Assembly: GCA_000004985.1 (NCBI GenBank)
Contig: GG739111.1
Length of the DNA: 6,848 nucleotides
Strand: one strand, 5' to 3'
Origin: Naegleria gruberi
Taxonomy: Eukaryota
Shown here: positions 6,754-6,848 of the stretch, one piece after another
How positions within the stretch are numbered: position 1 is the stretch's first letter
Layout: the number at the start of each line of letters is the position of its first letter
Made by a program: the position numbers and the translations under genes
The notes under the pieces: model-generated
Told to the model about the DNA's origin: nothing
Databases searched by the model: none
The model's input: only the letters and a program-made list of their open reading frames with translations

Positions 6754-6848
6754 TGATTTTGGCTAGTAAGGGATTTGATGTAACCATTTTTGAAAAATCC
6801 AAAGTAATTGGTGGTAGAACTTCATCATTCAATGTGGCCATCCAAATT
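6754..6848 (+). CDS. Exon 2 (partial, runs past the window end) of the FAD-dependent amine-oxidase/PPOX/phytoene-desaturase-like oxidoreductase: (M)[31 protein letters not shown]...
   Basis: The spliced N-terminus [39 protein letters not shown] is a textbook beta-alpha-beta Rossmann fold: GxGxxG...A..L...G..V.V.E followed by the 'GGR' motif typical of the flavin amine-oxidase superfamily. The frame is open to the last base of the window. Confidence 0.6.

Noticed and set aside
1-6848. Prokaryotic defence systems, CRISPR arrays, integrases or transposases.
   Set aside because: No direct-repeat/spacer arrays and no recognisable defence or mobile-element proteins are present. The locus is clearly eukaryotic (spliceosomal introns, SUMO).

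Overview
This window is eukaryotic nuclear DNA, almost certainly from an AT-rich budding yeast (Saccharomycotina, Candida/Debaryomyces-like). It is not a prokaryotic accessory region. Three things in the sequence support this: short spliceosomal introns with GTAAGT/GTATGT donors and YAG acceptors, A-rich Kozak contexts (AAAATGN), and an unmistakable SUMO/Smt3 gene. The supplied ORF track appears to allow TTG/other non-ATG starts, so several of its 'M' residues are actually TTG = Leu. It also translates a 1364-nt run of N (3509-4872, a scaffold gap) into long poly-X pseudo-ORFs. Gene order is: (1) 1..324 +, C-terminal end of an unidentified protein that starts upstream of the window; (2) 549..1112 -, a 187-aa hypothetical basic, Ser-rich protein; (3) a ~1.2 kb divergent intergenic/promoter region; (4) 2291..2679 +, a two-exon SUMO (SMT3) gene with a 101-nt intron, high confidence; (5) a large minus-strand gene broken by the assembly gap, with an S/T/Q-rich, NLS-bearing N-terminal part at 4873..5675 and a C-terminal part at 3073..3508; (6) a ~0.93 kb divergent promoter region; (7) 6608..>6848 +, the 5' end of an FAD/NAD(P)-binding amine-oxidase-like oxidoreductase, whose Rossmann motif is interrupted by a 94-nt phase-1 intron. 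I found no CRISPR, tRNA, rRNA, transposon or defence-system signatures. The most noteworthy points are the gap-broken putative regulator gene, the tandem in-frame 5' splice sites in SMT3, and a few small structured elements in UTR/intergenic DNA.
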